Source of the DNA: Candidatus Bathyarchaeota archaeon
Lineage (GTDB): Archaea; Thermoproteota; Bathyarchaeia; Bathyarchaeales; Bathycorpusculaceae
Assembly (NCBI GenBank): GCA_963811105.1
Contig: CAWEPZ010000011.1
Coordinates: 928,001 to 992,000 of the forward strand
DNA length: 64,000 nucleotides
Reading direction: 5' to 3'
Shown: one piece after another, positions 33,806 through 44,876 of the stretch
Position numbering within the stretch: the first letter of the stretch is position 1
How the letters are laid out: each line of letters opens with the position of its first letter
Translations under genes and position numbers: made by a program
Notes under the pieces: model-generated
The model's input: only the letters and a program-made list of their open reading frames with translations
What the model was told of the DNA's origin: nothing
The model's database searches: none

Positions 33806-34054
33806 TCATACACTCGAAGGTTTCCTAATCTGGTCTTTCTCATGGTCTATTTCGAATTGATCCGCTTCTACTAGGAGAGCAAGGTACTCCATTATTTTCT
33901 CTCTGGTAAGCCCAGTTTCCAGCTCCTGCTTCGCGACGGTTTTCTTCAGAGAAATATACCCCAAATCTTTGTTTTGATAAAGAGCGGATTGTACATTAGT
34001 TGCAATTTTTGCTATCCGTTCCTTTCTTGCTTCAGCGCCGTCTTTTCTAACCAT
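33806..34054 (-). CDS. Small wHTH-like hypothetical protein
   Basis: 82 aa; ETGLTREKIMEYLALLVEADQFEI. Confidence 0.5.
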   Translation of the reverse strand: MVRKDGAEARKERIAKIATNVQSALYQNKDLGYISLKKTVAKQELETGLTREKIMEYLALLVEADQFEIDHEKDQIRKPSSV

Positions 34055-34056
34055 CT

Positions 34057-34314
34057 TCAGGTAGCTCCTTTTCTTGAGAGGCTTGCCTGCAGTTTTTCTT
34101 CTTTTTCGTTTTGTTCTTCCAGCTTTAATTGATTTTCAATGTGGCTGCAGAGAATTTTGAGACTTTTGAGAACAAGATTGAGCTTTGTTTTTGAATAGAT
34201 GACTGCTGTTTTTGTGTCGCAGATTAAGTCGAGCTGTTCTCCTAGTTCTTGTCTTACTTCTTTGGGCAGATAGTATTGTCCTTGAGGGTTTGATTTTATT
34301 TGGAATTTTACCAT
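34057..34314 (-). CDS. AbrB/MazE-like DNA-binding protein
   Basis: KSNPQGQYYLPKEVRQELG motif; GGAG RBS. Confidence 0.6.
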   Translation of the reverse strand: MVKFQIKSNPQGQYYLPKEVRQELGEQLDLICDTKTAVIYSKTKLNLVLKSLKILCSHIENQLKLEEQNEKEEKLQASLSRKGAT

Positions 34315-34505
34315 TTTATACATACTCCTGTACAAAAAATATAATGCCCAGACATTACTCCAAGAAAGATGCCCCAGCTTTGCACCGGAACATCTACAGC
34401 CCCACCGTTCATACTACTTTTTCCAGTAGATGCATCACACCAATCAACTGAAATGAGGTCCCCTGGCTTAACATCCTCCAAAAGCTCAAAGTTTTGCTTA
34501 CTCAA
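34308..34505 (-). pseudogene. Truncated small hypothetical gene of the element relic
   Basis: ..VKPGDLISVDWCDASTGKS..VPVQSWGIFLG then runs into the AbrB gene leader. Confidence 0.35.
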
Positions 34506-34619
34506 AAGCAGTCAACCCCAGTACACCACTCCTGTAGGATGCTAACGCCTTTTATGTCTTGAGATTGCATTAAGGATACTAGCGCTAATACACCTACAAA
34601 AAAAAGTCAAAAAAAAGGC

Positions 34620-35053
34620 CTGAACCTAGTTAACTGAGCGATCGATAAGTTGTCAGCTTTTCTGCTTCAGATTCAAGGCCTCGATAATCGATGTAATCAG
34701 CTATGGGTCATGGTATACTTTGACGACCCAGATGATGCCTCGTAAGGGCAAAACATCAGTCTTATCCAAATTTGGCGTTTCAAGGCGCGGTTCAACGCTG
34801 CAACTAAGGTCTTGAGTTCTTCCTCAATTGAAGGCAACTCATCTGGCAAAACTAACTTATCAAAGGTAGTTGTTGATGGCGTGTTTTTTTCACCCTCATC
34901 AACAACTACTAAGCCTAAGCGAAATGCTTTCAACCGTACAGCAATAAGGGTTTTGCCCAGGACCTCTGCAATTGAACGCATAGACTTTTTTTCTGTTAAC
35001 CGTTGTCGAAGTTGACGTTCATCCTCAACTGTCCAAGGTTTGCCCCTCGCCAT
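34620..35053 (-). pseudogene. 'MARGKPW' protein copy 2 (inverted, frameshifted 3' end)
   Basis: High similarity to 33072-33524, including the shared upstream ttataatcgggYtatttgtggggaaaaaacattga. Confidence 0.7.
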
Positions 35054-35352
35054 TAAGATCTTGTCCAGCTGCAGACTTCTCAGGCAGTTGCTTTTTCGCT
35101 GATGATTCTGTTACCCGTGGTAAGAATCAATGTTTTTTCCCCACAAATAGCCCGATTATAATTCCGGTTATGCCTATCAACTGTTGTTGCTTGCGAGATT
35201 AGTCATCTATAACTTACTTACTGTATTAAGATAAGATATTTTTTCACTTTCACAGCTCCCTCTCTCCCCTGCATCCGGTAGTCATTTCTCAGATAGGTTA
35301 AAAGCAGTTTTTAGTCAACTCTTGGTTCCCCAATTAAAGTGAGATGATTGTT

Positions 35353-35445
35353 GTGGGTAAAACTGTTGAGTGTTATAGGATGGCTTTAGAAGGAGAAATT
35401 AGCCGTTGGGACGACTTTGCTAGAGCGTTGCGCATTGAGGATCGC
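35353..35445 (+). pseudogene. N-terminal fragment of a small helical protein of the type found in PolB2 operons (arCOG07300-like)
   Basis: MGKTVECYRMALEGEISRWDDFARALRIEDR, then similarity is lost. Confidence 0.45.
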
Positions 35446-35645
35446 TGCTTCAATCGCACTTTCTTGTAAAGGTTATTTGTTATTTCTCTAAAATATTCTG
35501 ATGCTTTGCTTTCATCGCTAAATAGGGTTGAAACTCTGGTTTTTTCTTCGTTTTCAATCTCTTCAATAATGTGTATTCAGGATTCTGATGTGATATATAA
35601 GAAGACTCAATATAATAATGTTATTCCAAAAGTTTGAGTCACCAT

Positions 35646-38600
35646 ATGGAGAATAATAAATTGTTAAACAAAGCAAGTATTGAAAAAGGAATTCACAACA
35701 GACATCAAAAAACAACAAAGACAGTAAGAGTTGCAGGCATCATTGCTGCTATTCTCTTGTTATCCTGTGTTTTAGCATTATTACCTCAATCAACTCAAGC
35801 ATTAACATTGTCTACAACGATACCTGTTGGAAACGGGGTTGCAGGTATAGCGGTAACACCAAACGGCCAGTACGTCTACTCTACAAATTTATTTGATGGC
35901 ACAGTCTCGGTGATAAGTACTTTATCGAATACCGTAGCCACAACTATAACTGTTGGACAATATCCTATGGGTTTGGCAATAACACCTGACAGCGAATTTG
36001 TTTACGTTGCAAATTACGGCGGAAACACAGTTTCAGTAATTAGTACGGCCACAAATACGGTTAATGCAACAATAACCGGTTTTAATAATCCTACAAATGT
36101 GGCAGTATCGCCCGATGGCGAATTAGTCTACATCACAAATTTATCTGATAATTCGATTTCAGTAATTAGCACAGACAACAACACAATAACAGCCACAATA
36201 ACTGGTTTAAACTCTCCAGGAAGTTTGGCAGTAACACCCGATGGTGAATATCTCTATGTTAAAAGCAGCTTTGAAGGCACCCAGGTTTCAGTGATTAGTA
36301 CAGGCAACAACTCGGTAATAGAAACAATACCCATTGGTGATGGCTATTATTACTATTATTCTTTAGGCGGAAGCAGTGAAATAGCAGTTTCACCTAACGG
36401 CGAATACGTTTATGTTACAAGTATGGACTATGACAGTAATTCGGTTTCAGTGATTAGTACAGGCAACAACTCGGTAATAGAAACAATACCCCTTGGCAGT
36501 GGCTATTATTACTATGAATCTGAAGGCGGATCCGGTGGAATAGCAGTTGCACCCAACGGCGAATACATTTACGTTACACGTAATGACTATGATGGTTATT
36601 CGGTTTCAGTGATTAGCACAAGCAACAATACAGTAATAGAAAGCGTGTCTCTTGGCGAAAGCTATGATCCCTACGGAGGAAGTGGCTGTTTAGCATTAAC
36701 ACCCAACGGTGAATACGTCTATGCTGCAAACGGAGGTTGGTCCTACAGCAACTCTATCTCAGTGATAAGCCTAACTCCATCCTCAACCTACGCAATCACT
36801 GTATCTCAGGGTGATCATGGAACGATTGCTCCATCAACAACCACTGTTAATTATGGTGGTAGTCAAGAATTCACTTTTACTCCAGCGACGGGTTACCACA
36901 TCGTTGCAATCATAGTCAACGGAACCACCGTTGCAACCACAAGTCCATACACTGTTTCCACTGTTACAGGAGCGACCTCACTAACAGCAGAGTTTGCAAT
37001 TAACACCTACGCAATCACTGTATCTCAGGGTGATCATGGAACGATTGCTCCATCAACAACCACTGTTAATTATGGTGGTAGTCAAGAATTCACTTTTACT
37101 CCAACAACAGGCTACCACATCATCGCAGTCATAGTCAACGGAACCACCGCTGCAACCACAAGTCCATACACAGTATCAAATGTAACTGGAGCAACCTCCC
37201 TAACAGCAGAATACACGATTAACACTTACGCAATCACTGTTATCCCAGGGCGATCATGGAACCATTAGTCCATGGAACAACCACAGTTAATTATGGCAGC
37301 AATCAAGAATTCACTTTTACTCCAACAACAGGCTACCACATCATCGCAGTCATAGTCAACGGAACCACCGCTGCAACCACAAGTCCATACACAATATCAA
37401 ACGTAACTGGACCAACCTCACCTAACAGCAGAATACACGATTAACACTTATGCAATCACAGTTTCCCAGGGCGATCATGGAACCATCAGTCCAGGAACAA
37501 CCACAGTCAATTATGGCAGCAATCAAGACTTCACCTTTACTCCAACAACAGGCTACCACATCATCGCAGTCATAGTCAACGGAACCACCGCTGCAACCAC
37601 AAGTCCATACACAATATCAAACGTAACTGGACCAACCTCCCTAACAGCAGAATACACGATTAACACTTATGCAATCACAGTTTCCCAGGGCGATCATGGA
37701 ACCATCAGCTCCAGGAACAACCACAGTCAATTATGGCAGCAATCAAGAACTTCACCTTTACTCCAACAACAGGCTACCACATCATCGCAGTCATAGTCAA
37801 CGGAACCACCGCTGCAACCACAAGTCCATACACAATATCAAACTGTAACTGGACCAACCTCCCTAACAGCAGAATACACGATTAACACTTATGCAATCAC
37901 AGTTTCCCAGGGCGATCATGGAACCATCAGTCCAGGAACAACCACAGTCAACTATGGCAGCAATCAAAACTTCACTTTTACTCCAACAACAGGCTACCAC
38001 ATCATCGCAGTCATAGTCAACGGAACCACCGCTGCAACCACAAGTCCATACACAATATCAAACGTAACTGGACCAACCTCCCTAACAGCAGAATACACGA
38101 TTAACACTTATGCAATCACAGTTTCCCAGGGCGATCATGGAACCATCAGTCCAGGAACAACCACAGTCAACTATGGCAGCAATCAAAACTTCACCTTTAC
38201 TCCAACAACAGGCTACCACATCATCGCAGTCATAGTCAACGGAACCACCGCTGCAACCACAAGTCCATACACAATATCAAACGTAACTGGACCAACCTCC
38301 CTAACAGCAGAATACACGATTAACACTTATGCAATCACAGTTTCCCAGGGCGATCATGGAACCATCAGTCCAGGAACAACCACAGTCAACTATGGCAGCA
38401 ATCAAAACTTCACCTTTACTCCAACAACAGGCTACCACATCATCGCAGTCATAGTCAACGGAACCACCGCTGCAACCACAAGTCCATACACAATATCAAA
38501 CGTAACTGGACCAACCTCCCTAACAGCAGAATACACGATTAACACTTATGCAATCACAGTTTCCCAGGGCGATCATGGAACCATCAGTCCAGGAACAACC

Positions 38601-40688
38601 ACAGTCAACTATGGCAGCAATCAAAACTTCACCTTTACTCCAACAACAGGCTACCACATCATCGCAGTCATAGTCAACGGAACCACCGCTGCAACCACAA
38701 GTCCATACACAATATCAAACGTAACTGGACCAACCTCCCTAACAGCAGAATACACGATTAACACTTATGCAATCACAGTTTCCCAGGGCGATCATGGAAC
38801 CATCAGTCCAGGAACAACCACAGTCAACTATGGCAGCAATCAAAACTTCACCTTTACTCCAACAACAGGCTACCACATCATCGCAGTCATAGTCAACGGA
38901 ACCACCGCTGCAACCACAAGTCCATACACAATATCAAACGTAACTGGACCAACCTCCCTAACAGCAGAATACACGATTAACACTTATGCAATCACTGTTT
39001 CCCAGGGCGATCATGGAACCATCAGTCCAGGAACAACCACAGTCAACTATGGCAGCAATCAAAACTTCACCTTTACTCCAACAACAGGCTACCACATCAT
39101 CGCAGTCATAGTCAACGGAACCACCGCTGCAACCACAAGTCCATACACAATATCAAACGTAACTGGACCAACCTCCCTAACAGCAGAATACACGATTAAC
39201 ACTTATGCAATCACAGTTTCCCAGGGCGATCATGGAACCATCAGTCCAGGAACAACCACAGTCAACTATGGCAGCAATCAAAACTTCACCTTTACTCCAA
39301 CAACAGGCTACCACATCATCGCAGTCATAGTCAACGGAACCACCGCTGCAACCACAAGTCCATACACAATATCAAACGTAACTGGACCAACCTCCCTAAC
39401 AGCAGAATACACGATTAACACTTATGCAATCACAGTTTCCCAGGGCGATCATGGAACCATCAGTCCAGGAACAACCACAGTCAACTATGGCAGCAATCAA
39501 GACTTCACCTTTACTCCAGATACGGGCTATCATTTGGCAGATGTTTTGATGAATGGCACCTCAGCATTGAGCAGCATTGCCGATGGGGCGTTCACCGTTT
39601 CTGACGTGACTGGAACAACCACTCTTACGGCGAGCTATGCAATTGATACTTTCTCAATAACTGTTAGTCAGGGTCCCCATGGAACGATTGCTCCTTCAAC
39701 AACCACTATTAATTACGGCGACAGCCAAACCTTCACTATTACTCCAGCGACCGGCTACCACATTTCCTATTTGACAGTTGACGGATCACCAGTAACGATT
39801 GCTTCATCGTTCACTTTCAGCAACGTTCAGGCTACTCACACGATAACAGCAAGCTTTGCAATAGATACTTTCGTAATTACTGTCACTCAAAACGATAATG
39901 GAACCATTACTCCAACAACAACCACCGTAAACTACGGCAGCAACGAAGAATTCACTATAACACCAAATATGGGTTACCGTATTTCCTCTTTAGTTGTCGA
40001 TGGTTCCGCAGTTCCAGTTGCATCAACGTACACTTTCTCAACCGTACAGGATGACCACTCTATCACTGCGAGCTTTACAACTGACACTTTAACTGCAACA
40101 GTAACCACCACATTCGAAACCTACCCCATAGAAATAAACGGAAACATAACTACAGAACAGTTCTCAAACATGACCATTACCCCATATCAAGCCACTAAAA
40201 CAACCTCAGCAGACTTTACTCTAACTGGACCCAGCGGAACAGAGGGCTTCTGCAACTTAACCATTCCAAATATCGCTATAGCCTTTGGAACAAACCCAGT
40301 TGTTTACATCGACGGCATAGTGGCTGAAAACCAATCATTCACCCAAGACTTCGACAACTATTACATAGCTTTCACAACTCATTTCAGCATCCATCAAATA
40401 GAAATCTTGTTTACAACCGAATCATACCCATATATTCCAATACCAATAACCCATTGGTCCCCAAGCCAAACCTCAAATACCTCGCCAAATCCAACAACAA
40501 AACCTACTCCTACAATTCCTCCTACGTCAACAGCTACACCTAGACCAACTACCAATCCAACCTCGGCTCCAGCAACAATGCTTGCAACAATGGGTCAATA
40601 TGTAATCATCGCAGCAGCCATAGTCATTCTGGGAGCAATCATAATTGGGCTAGTGCAAAGAAGAAAGCGCTCACTAGAGCGCCTTTAA
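35646..40688 (+). CDS. Giant cell-surface protein: signal/TM, YVTN beta-propeller, ~15 73-aa InlB-B-like repeats, Pro/Thr linker, C-terminal TM anchor; apparent indels 37245-37850
   Basis: TPNGQYVY repeats; YAITVSQGDHGTI..TFTP.TGYHI repeats; ends IIGLVQRRKR. Extra bases in units 3 and 5 each total +3. Confidence 0.85.
36784..39520 (+). repeat. Tandem array of 219-bp coding repeats (12 full near-identical units plus a partial; 2 more divergent units follow)
   Basis: Unit starts 36784, 37003, 37222, 37444, 37663, 37885, 38104, 38323, 38542, 38761, 38980, 39199, 39418. Confidence 0.9.
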
Positions 40689-41020
40689 AATAGAAAAAGC
40701 AAAAGTCAGCAACAACTCTTTTTATAATTTTCAATTTTTCAAGACAACACTTTGAGATAGCTTACGCGTGCAATAAGGTGTACGACAAAATTGTTAACAA
40801 GCACAATGCAATGCACATTGGAGGTCCCGACTTCCTGGAAAAAATCGTGTTATAATACTCGGAAAACTCGATCTTCAAAGCCTTCCAACATTTATCAATA
40901 ACGATATTCACTGCTGCCTTCTCCAACTCAATTTGGAAAGCGACGCTTAATAAACTTGATTTCGTAATCGTAACATCAGGAAAGAAATTTGCTTATAGTT
41001 TTCTGGTCATATTTTTTATT

Positions 41021-41082
41021 AAAAAAGGGAAGAACGGGTGATGTTACCGTACATCCGAGGTTCAAATTCCAGCGGCACACCA
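41021..41082 (+). repeat. Hybrid box/tRNA-3'-end site A
   Basis: aaaaaagggaagaacg-ggtgatgttacc-gtacatccga-ggttcaaattccagcggcacacca. Confidence 0.65.
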
Positions 41083-41230
41083 TGATAGTCTAAACCTCTT
41101 TATTCATAGAAAACCAAAATCGGTAAGCTCAAAAGAAAAAGAGATGGAAATGACAACATAAAAGGCGGTTGTACAGCAGCGGTTCCCATGGAACACGCTA
41201 TGAAGAAACAGAATTGTTTTTTGAAAAAAA

Positions 41231-41259
41231 TCGTTGCCAAGGGTTGTGGTTTGAACCCA
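41231..41259 (-). repeat. Degenerate tRNA T-arm/acceptor fragment without the box (site B)
   Basis: Reverse complement tgggttcaaaccacaacccttggcaacga. Confidence 0.45.
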
Positions 41260-41412
41260 ATTGAGACTGTGTGAAAAGTCTCTTTCTCTGGTAGCTATTT
41301 ACCGTTAACCTTAAATCTAGACTAGCCTTAAAGCAATTGAAAAGCTCTACTGTTATGCTTTAAGTATTTAGGAAGGAGACAAGCGTTCAAAAGAATGAGG
41401 CTCTGGGTTTTT

Positions 41413-41476
41413 TGTGAGGCTGGTGGTATTTGAACAGTCTCCGAGTGGTGACACCACCGGCGATTTTCCCTTTTTT
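41413..41476 (-). repeat. Hybrid box/tRNA-3'-end site C (inverted)
   Basis: Reverse complement aaaaaagggaaaatcgcc-ggtggtgtcacc-actcggagac-tgttcaaataccaccagcctcaca. Confidence 0.65.
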
Positions 41477-41630
41477 ACAAAAATTCTTATTTATTAAATA
41501 ATGTAATTATTGTCGAAATAAAGTAACATAGCGCGCGCACACAGAGTTTAAAATCGCGCATTACTCAGTAGATTATTTGTAGGACGCTGAACTAATCTCT
41601 TTAGAGCAAGCACACTTGCCAGCATGAGAT

Positions 41631-42566
41631 ATGAAGGAAGAATTAATGGCTGAAAAAAAGAGTTACTACGAGATACTAGGAATTCCAAAGGGCTCGTCCA
41701 AAGACGTGATAAAAGACGCCTACAGGAAACTAGCCATGCAATATCATCCTGACAGAAACAAGTCTCCGGGAGCTGAAGAGAAGTTCAAAGAGATATCTGA
41801 AGCCTATGCAGTGCTGTCGGATGATGAGAAACGAAAACAGTTTGACAATTTGGGTAGCACTGGATTTGATCAAAGATATAGTCGAGAGGACATTTTCCGA
41901 GGGGCTGACTTTGACTCGATATTTCGCGACATGGGCGTCAGCTCTGGCTTTGGAGATCTTTTTAATGTTTTCTTTGATGGTCAAGACTTTCCAGAAAGAA
42001 AAAGAACTATCCGTGGCAGAGACTTGGGCTACGAAGTTTACATAACCCTTGAGGAAGCAACACGCGGCGTTGAAAAGGAAATTGAGGTCCCAAGAATTGA
42101 GAGATCCCAAAAAGGACTTGTAAAAAGGGAGCGAAAGATTACGGTAAAAATACCAGTTGGCATATCTGAAGGATACCAGCTAAGACTTGAAGGACAAGGA
42201 GACGCAGCCCAGGACGGAGGCCCCTCAGGAGATTTATACATAATGATTCACATGATGCCTCATCAATACTTCAAAAGAGATGGCGACGATCTCGTATACA
42301 ATCTATACATTAGCATCACTCAAGCCACATTAGGCGCGGAAGTCACCATACCGGCAATCGAAGGAAAGGCTGAACTGAAAATTCATCCTGGAACACAGCC
42401 TGGACAGATTCTGAGGGTTACAGGCAGAGGCATGCCGAGAATGGGCGGATATGGCAGAGGTGATCTGCGCGTCCGCGTTAATGTGGTTGTCCCTAAAAAG
42501 ATAACTCAACGTCAAAAGACCCTTCTGGAGGAGCTTGCAAAAGAACTAGACCAAAAATCCCGTTAA
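41631..42566 (+). CDS. dnaJ: DnaJ-family chaperone lacking the zinc-finger domain (class B/CbpA-like)
   Basis: J-domain HPD motif, G/F region, CTD; no CxxCxGxG repeats. Confidence 0.85.
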   Translation: MKEELMAEKKSYYEILGIPKGSSKDVIKDAYRKLAMQYHPDRNKSPGAEEKFKEISEAYAVLSDDEKRKQFDNLGSTGFDQRYSREDIFRGADFDSIFRDMGVSSGFGDLFNVFFDGQDFPERKRTIRGRDLGYEVYITLEEATRGVEKEIEVPRIERSQKGLVKRERKITVKIPVGISEGYQLRLEGQGDAAQDGGPSGDLYIMIHMMPHQYFKRDGDDLVYNLYISITQATLGAEVTIPAIEGKAELKIHPGTQPGQILRVTGRGMPRMGGYGRGDLRVRVNVVVPKKITQRQKTLLEELAKELDQKSR

Positions 42567-42695
42567 AGGTGATTTCATTTTTACGGGTAAATTGAAACGG
42601 GGTCCCCTGTTCACCACAATTTTAGAAGCTCGCGCGAAAATTTTAGAAAAAAGGGAAAACCACAATGCTTCCTTAGCCGTGATTTCTGCGGCTCG

Positions 42696-43469
42696 CTATT
42701 TCTTTCGGAATCTCGTTACAAGCAGGGTTAAGACTAGAGCAACAGCTACCAGAGCTGAAGCAGCTTCAGTCAGTACAACTACCGTTTGATTTCCAGCATG
42801 GTTCACGCCTATGCCTACCAATGCCCAGATAATGACGAGGGCGTAGGCTGTGTCTTTTCTGGTCGCCAGCATTAGCATTGTAATTATTAGCGTCACTGCT
42901 ACGACCAAGATTGCCCACGTCGATGGGCTAATTCCGAAACCGTTCCAATTGTACGAAACCAGTGTGGCAGAGACATCTGCTATTGAGGCGACGGTGATCC
43001 AGCCGAGATAAACGCTAAATGGCAGATGCACTGCGAGTTTTTCACGCGGAATAGCATTTGACTTGCCTATTCCCAGACGCACGTAAATTGCGATCAGAGT
43101 TACGAGGAGCGCAAAGATAAGTAAGACAGAAAGGCTCAGGTATTCATATTGCCACGCGAACAGCCAAGCAATGTTTACTATGCTGCTTAAAATGAAGAGC
43201 CAGCTAATTCTGTTTAGGTATTCTTTTCCTTTTTGGCTGGGTAAGGCCTGATAGACGACGAAAATGCCAAGGAGAATATAGATGACTCCCCAGATTGCGA
43301 ATACATAGCCAGCCGGAGTTATCAGAGTGGAGTTTGCGTTGGACACGTCAGCGGTGTTTCTGCCGCCAATAATTTTTGTGCTGCCTGCCAAACTGTTCAT
43401 TATCACCGTTAAGACGAAAAACACGATGTTGGCGTATCTCAGAGCAGTAGAGTTGGTCATTGAAGCCAC
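42696..43469 (-). CDS. TspO/tryptophan-rich sensory-like membrane protein
   Basis: ITPAGYVFAIWGVIY, PFSVYLGWITVA; multi-TM. Confidence 0.75.
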   Translation of the reverse strand: MASMTNSTALRYANIVFFVLTVIMNSLAGSTKIIGGRNTADVSNANSTLITPAGYVFAIWGVIYILLGIFVVYQALPSQKGKEYLNRISWLFILSSIVNIAWLFAWQYEYLSLSVLLIFALLVTLIAIYVRLGIGKSNAIPREKLAVHLPFSVYLGWITVASIADVSATLVSYNWNGFGISPSTWAILVVAVTLIITMLMLATRKDTAYALVIIWALVGIGVNHAGNQTVVVLTEAASALVAVALVLTLLVTRFRKK

Positions 43470-43619
43470 AATGAAACCCTCTAATTTAGTTTATCAATGT
43501 TTTTTATATATAAAATAATCGACGGTTTAGAATATAGGTTCATTTATTTTTCTCATTAATTGCATATTGCCGCCAAGCTTATTAGGAAAAACTGTTTGAA
43601 TCCTCGTAGGCGTGTTTGC

Positions 43620-44111
43620 ATGAGTTCTGACCCAGAAGAAACAGAAAAGCGCCTTTCATTTGAAGATCTAAAGAAGCGAATTATAGAGTTTCTTGAAAGC
43701 ACAAACATGTGTGTTCTCGCAACGTGCAGTGATAATGTTCCAAGGGCGACCCCTATTGAGTATCACTCTGAGGGATTGACGATTTACGTTGTTGGTGAAC
43801 CCGGAACGAAGCTTAGCAACATAGCGAAGAATCCTAAGGTAAGTATTGGCGTTTTTCTAACATACGAGGGTTGGGACAGCGCAAAAGGTGCACAAATAAC
43901 GGGGCAGGCACAGATAATCCCAAGATCCAATGTACCTGAATTTAAACGGGGCTTAAAGGCTTACAAATGGGAGCGAGCTGCAAAGGAAATTGGGTTGAAG
44001 GAGTTTCCTAAAACTGTCGAATTAGTTAGAGTTGAGCCGAAGAAAATAGAGTTTGTCGATATGTCCCTAAAGAAAATCGGATTCAGCGCTCGCCAAGTGT
44101 TAGATTTATGA
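43620..44111 (+). CDS. Pyridoxamine 5'-phosphate oxidase family (FMN-binding split barrel)
   Basis: CVLATCSDNVPRATP..KLSNIAKNPKVS. Confidence 0.8.
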   Translation: MSSDPEETEKRLSFEDLKKRIIEFLESTNMCVLATCSDNVPRATPIEYHSEGLTIYVVGEPGTKLSNIAKNPKVSIGVFLTYEGWDSAKGAQITGQAQIIPRSNVPEFKRGLKAYKWERAAKEIGLKEFPKTVELVRVEPKKIEFVDMSLKKIGFSARQVLDL

Positions 44112-44177
44112 GTTAGTCAGTCTAAGTCGCTCGCCTGGAAAATTGGTTATATTAAGCAGAAATAATTCTTTAAATTT

Positions 44178-44717
44178 ATGGTACAAACCATAAAATATGA
44201 AATTATAAGGAAAATAGGCAAGGTTGAGATTCGTCGCTATCCAGAAGTTGTAATTGCTAAAGTATCTAACTACGAGTCAGACAGTTTTGGTCTCCTGTTT
44301 CGCTTCATATCCGGAGACAATAGGACCAAAGAAAAAGTGAAAATGACTGCACCAGTCGTTGAGCAAGATGCCTCACGAGAAATAAAGATGACGTCGCCAG
44401 TTTTGTCAGATTTCTCAAATGAAGGTTACATGGCTTTTGTGATGCCTTCCGAATTCAGGCTTGAAACTACCCCTTCACCCTTGGATAGCCGAGTTAAGAT
44501 AGAAAAGATACCTCAGAGAACAGTTGCTGTTCCGCGTTTCTCTGGAGGCTGGTCTGAAGACCACTTTAAAGAAAAAACGGGAGAGCTACTGCAAGAGCTA
44601 GCCAACGCAGAAGTGAAAACAAAAGGCAGCGTCTTTACAATGCTATATAACCCGCCTTTCACTCCAAGCTTTCTACGAAGAAATGAAGTCGCAGTAGATG
44701 TTGAAGCTGAAAGCTAA
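44178..44717 (+). CDS. SOUL heme-binding protein
   Basis: VEIRRYP, FGLLFRFISG, MTAPV, YNPPFTPSFLRRNEV. Confidence 0.85.
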   Translation: MVQTIKYEIIRKIGKVEIRRYPEVVIAKVSNYESDSFGLLFRFISGDNRTKEKVKMTAPVVEQDASREIKMTSPVLSDFSNEGYMAFVMPSEFRLETTPSPLDSRVKIEKIPQRTVAVPRFSGGWSEDHFKEKTGELLQELANAEVKTKGSVFTMLYNPPFTPSFLRRNEVAVDVEAES

Positions 44718-44876
44718 ATAGAAGCACGCTAGTCGCGCTTGTTTAAACCATTCTAGACCAAACAACTCTTTTCTTTTTTAATTAGAAACTGGGCTTGGAT
44801 AAAAAACATAAAAGTATTTGAGGATACTTCTGATTTGTTGATAATTGATTTTGTGGGGTGAGTGTGTTTGAGTGAG

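Noticed and set aside
36784-39520. Long regular repeat array as CRISPR
   Set aside because: Units are 219 bp, in-frame coding, with no unique spacers; no cas genes in the window.
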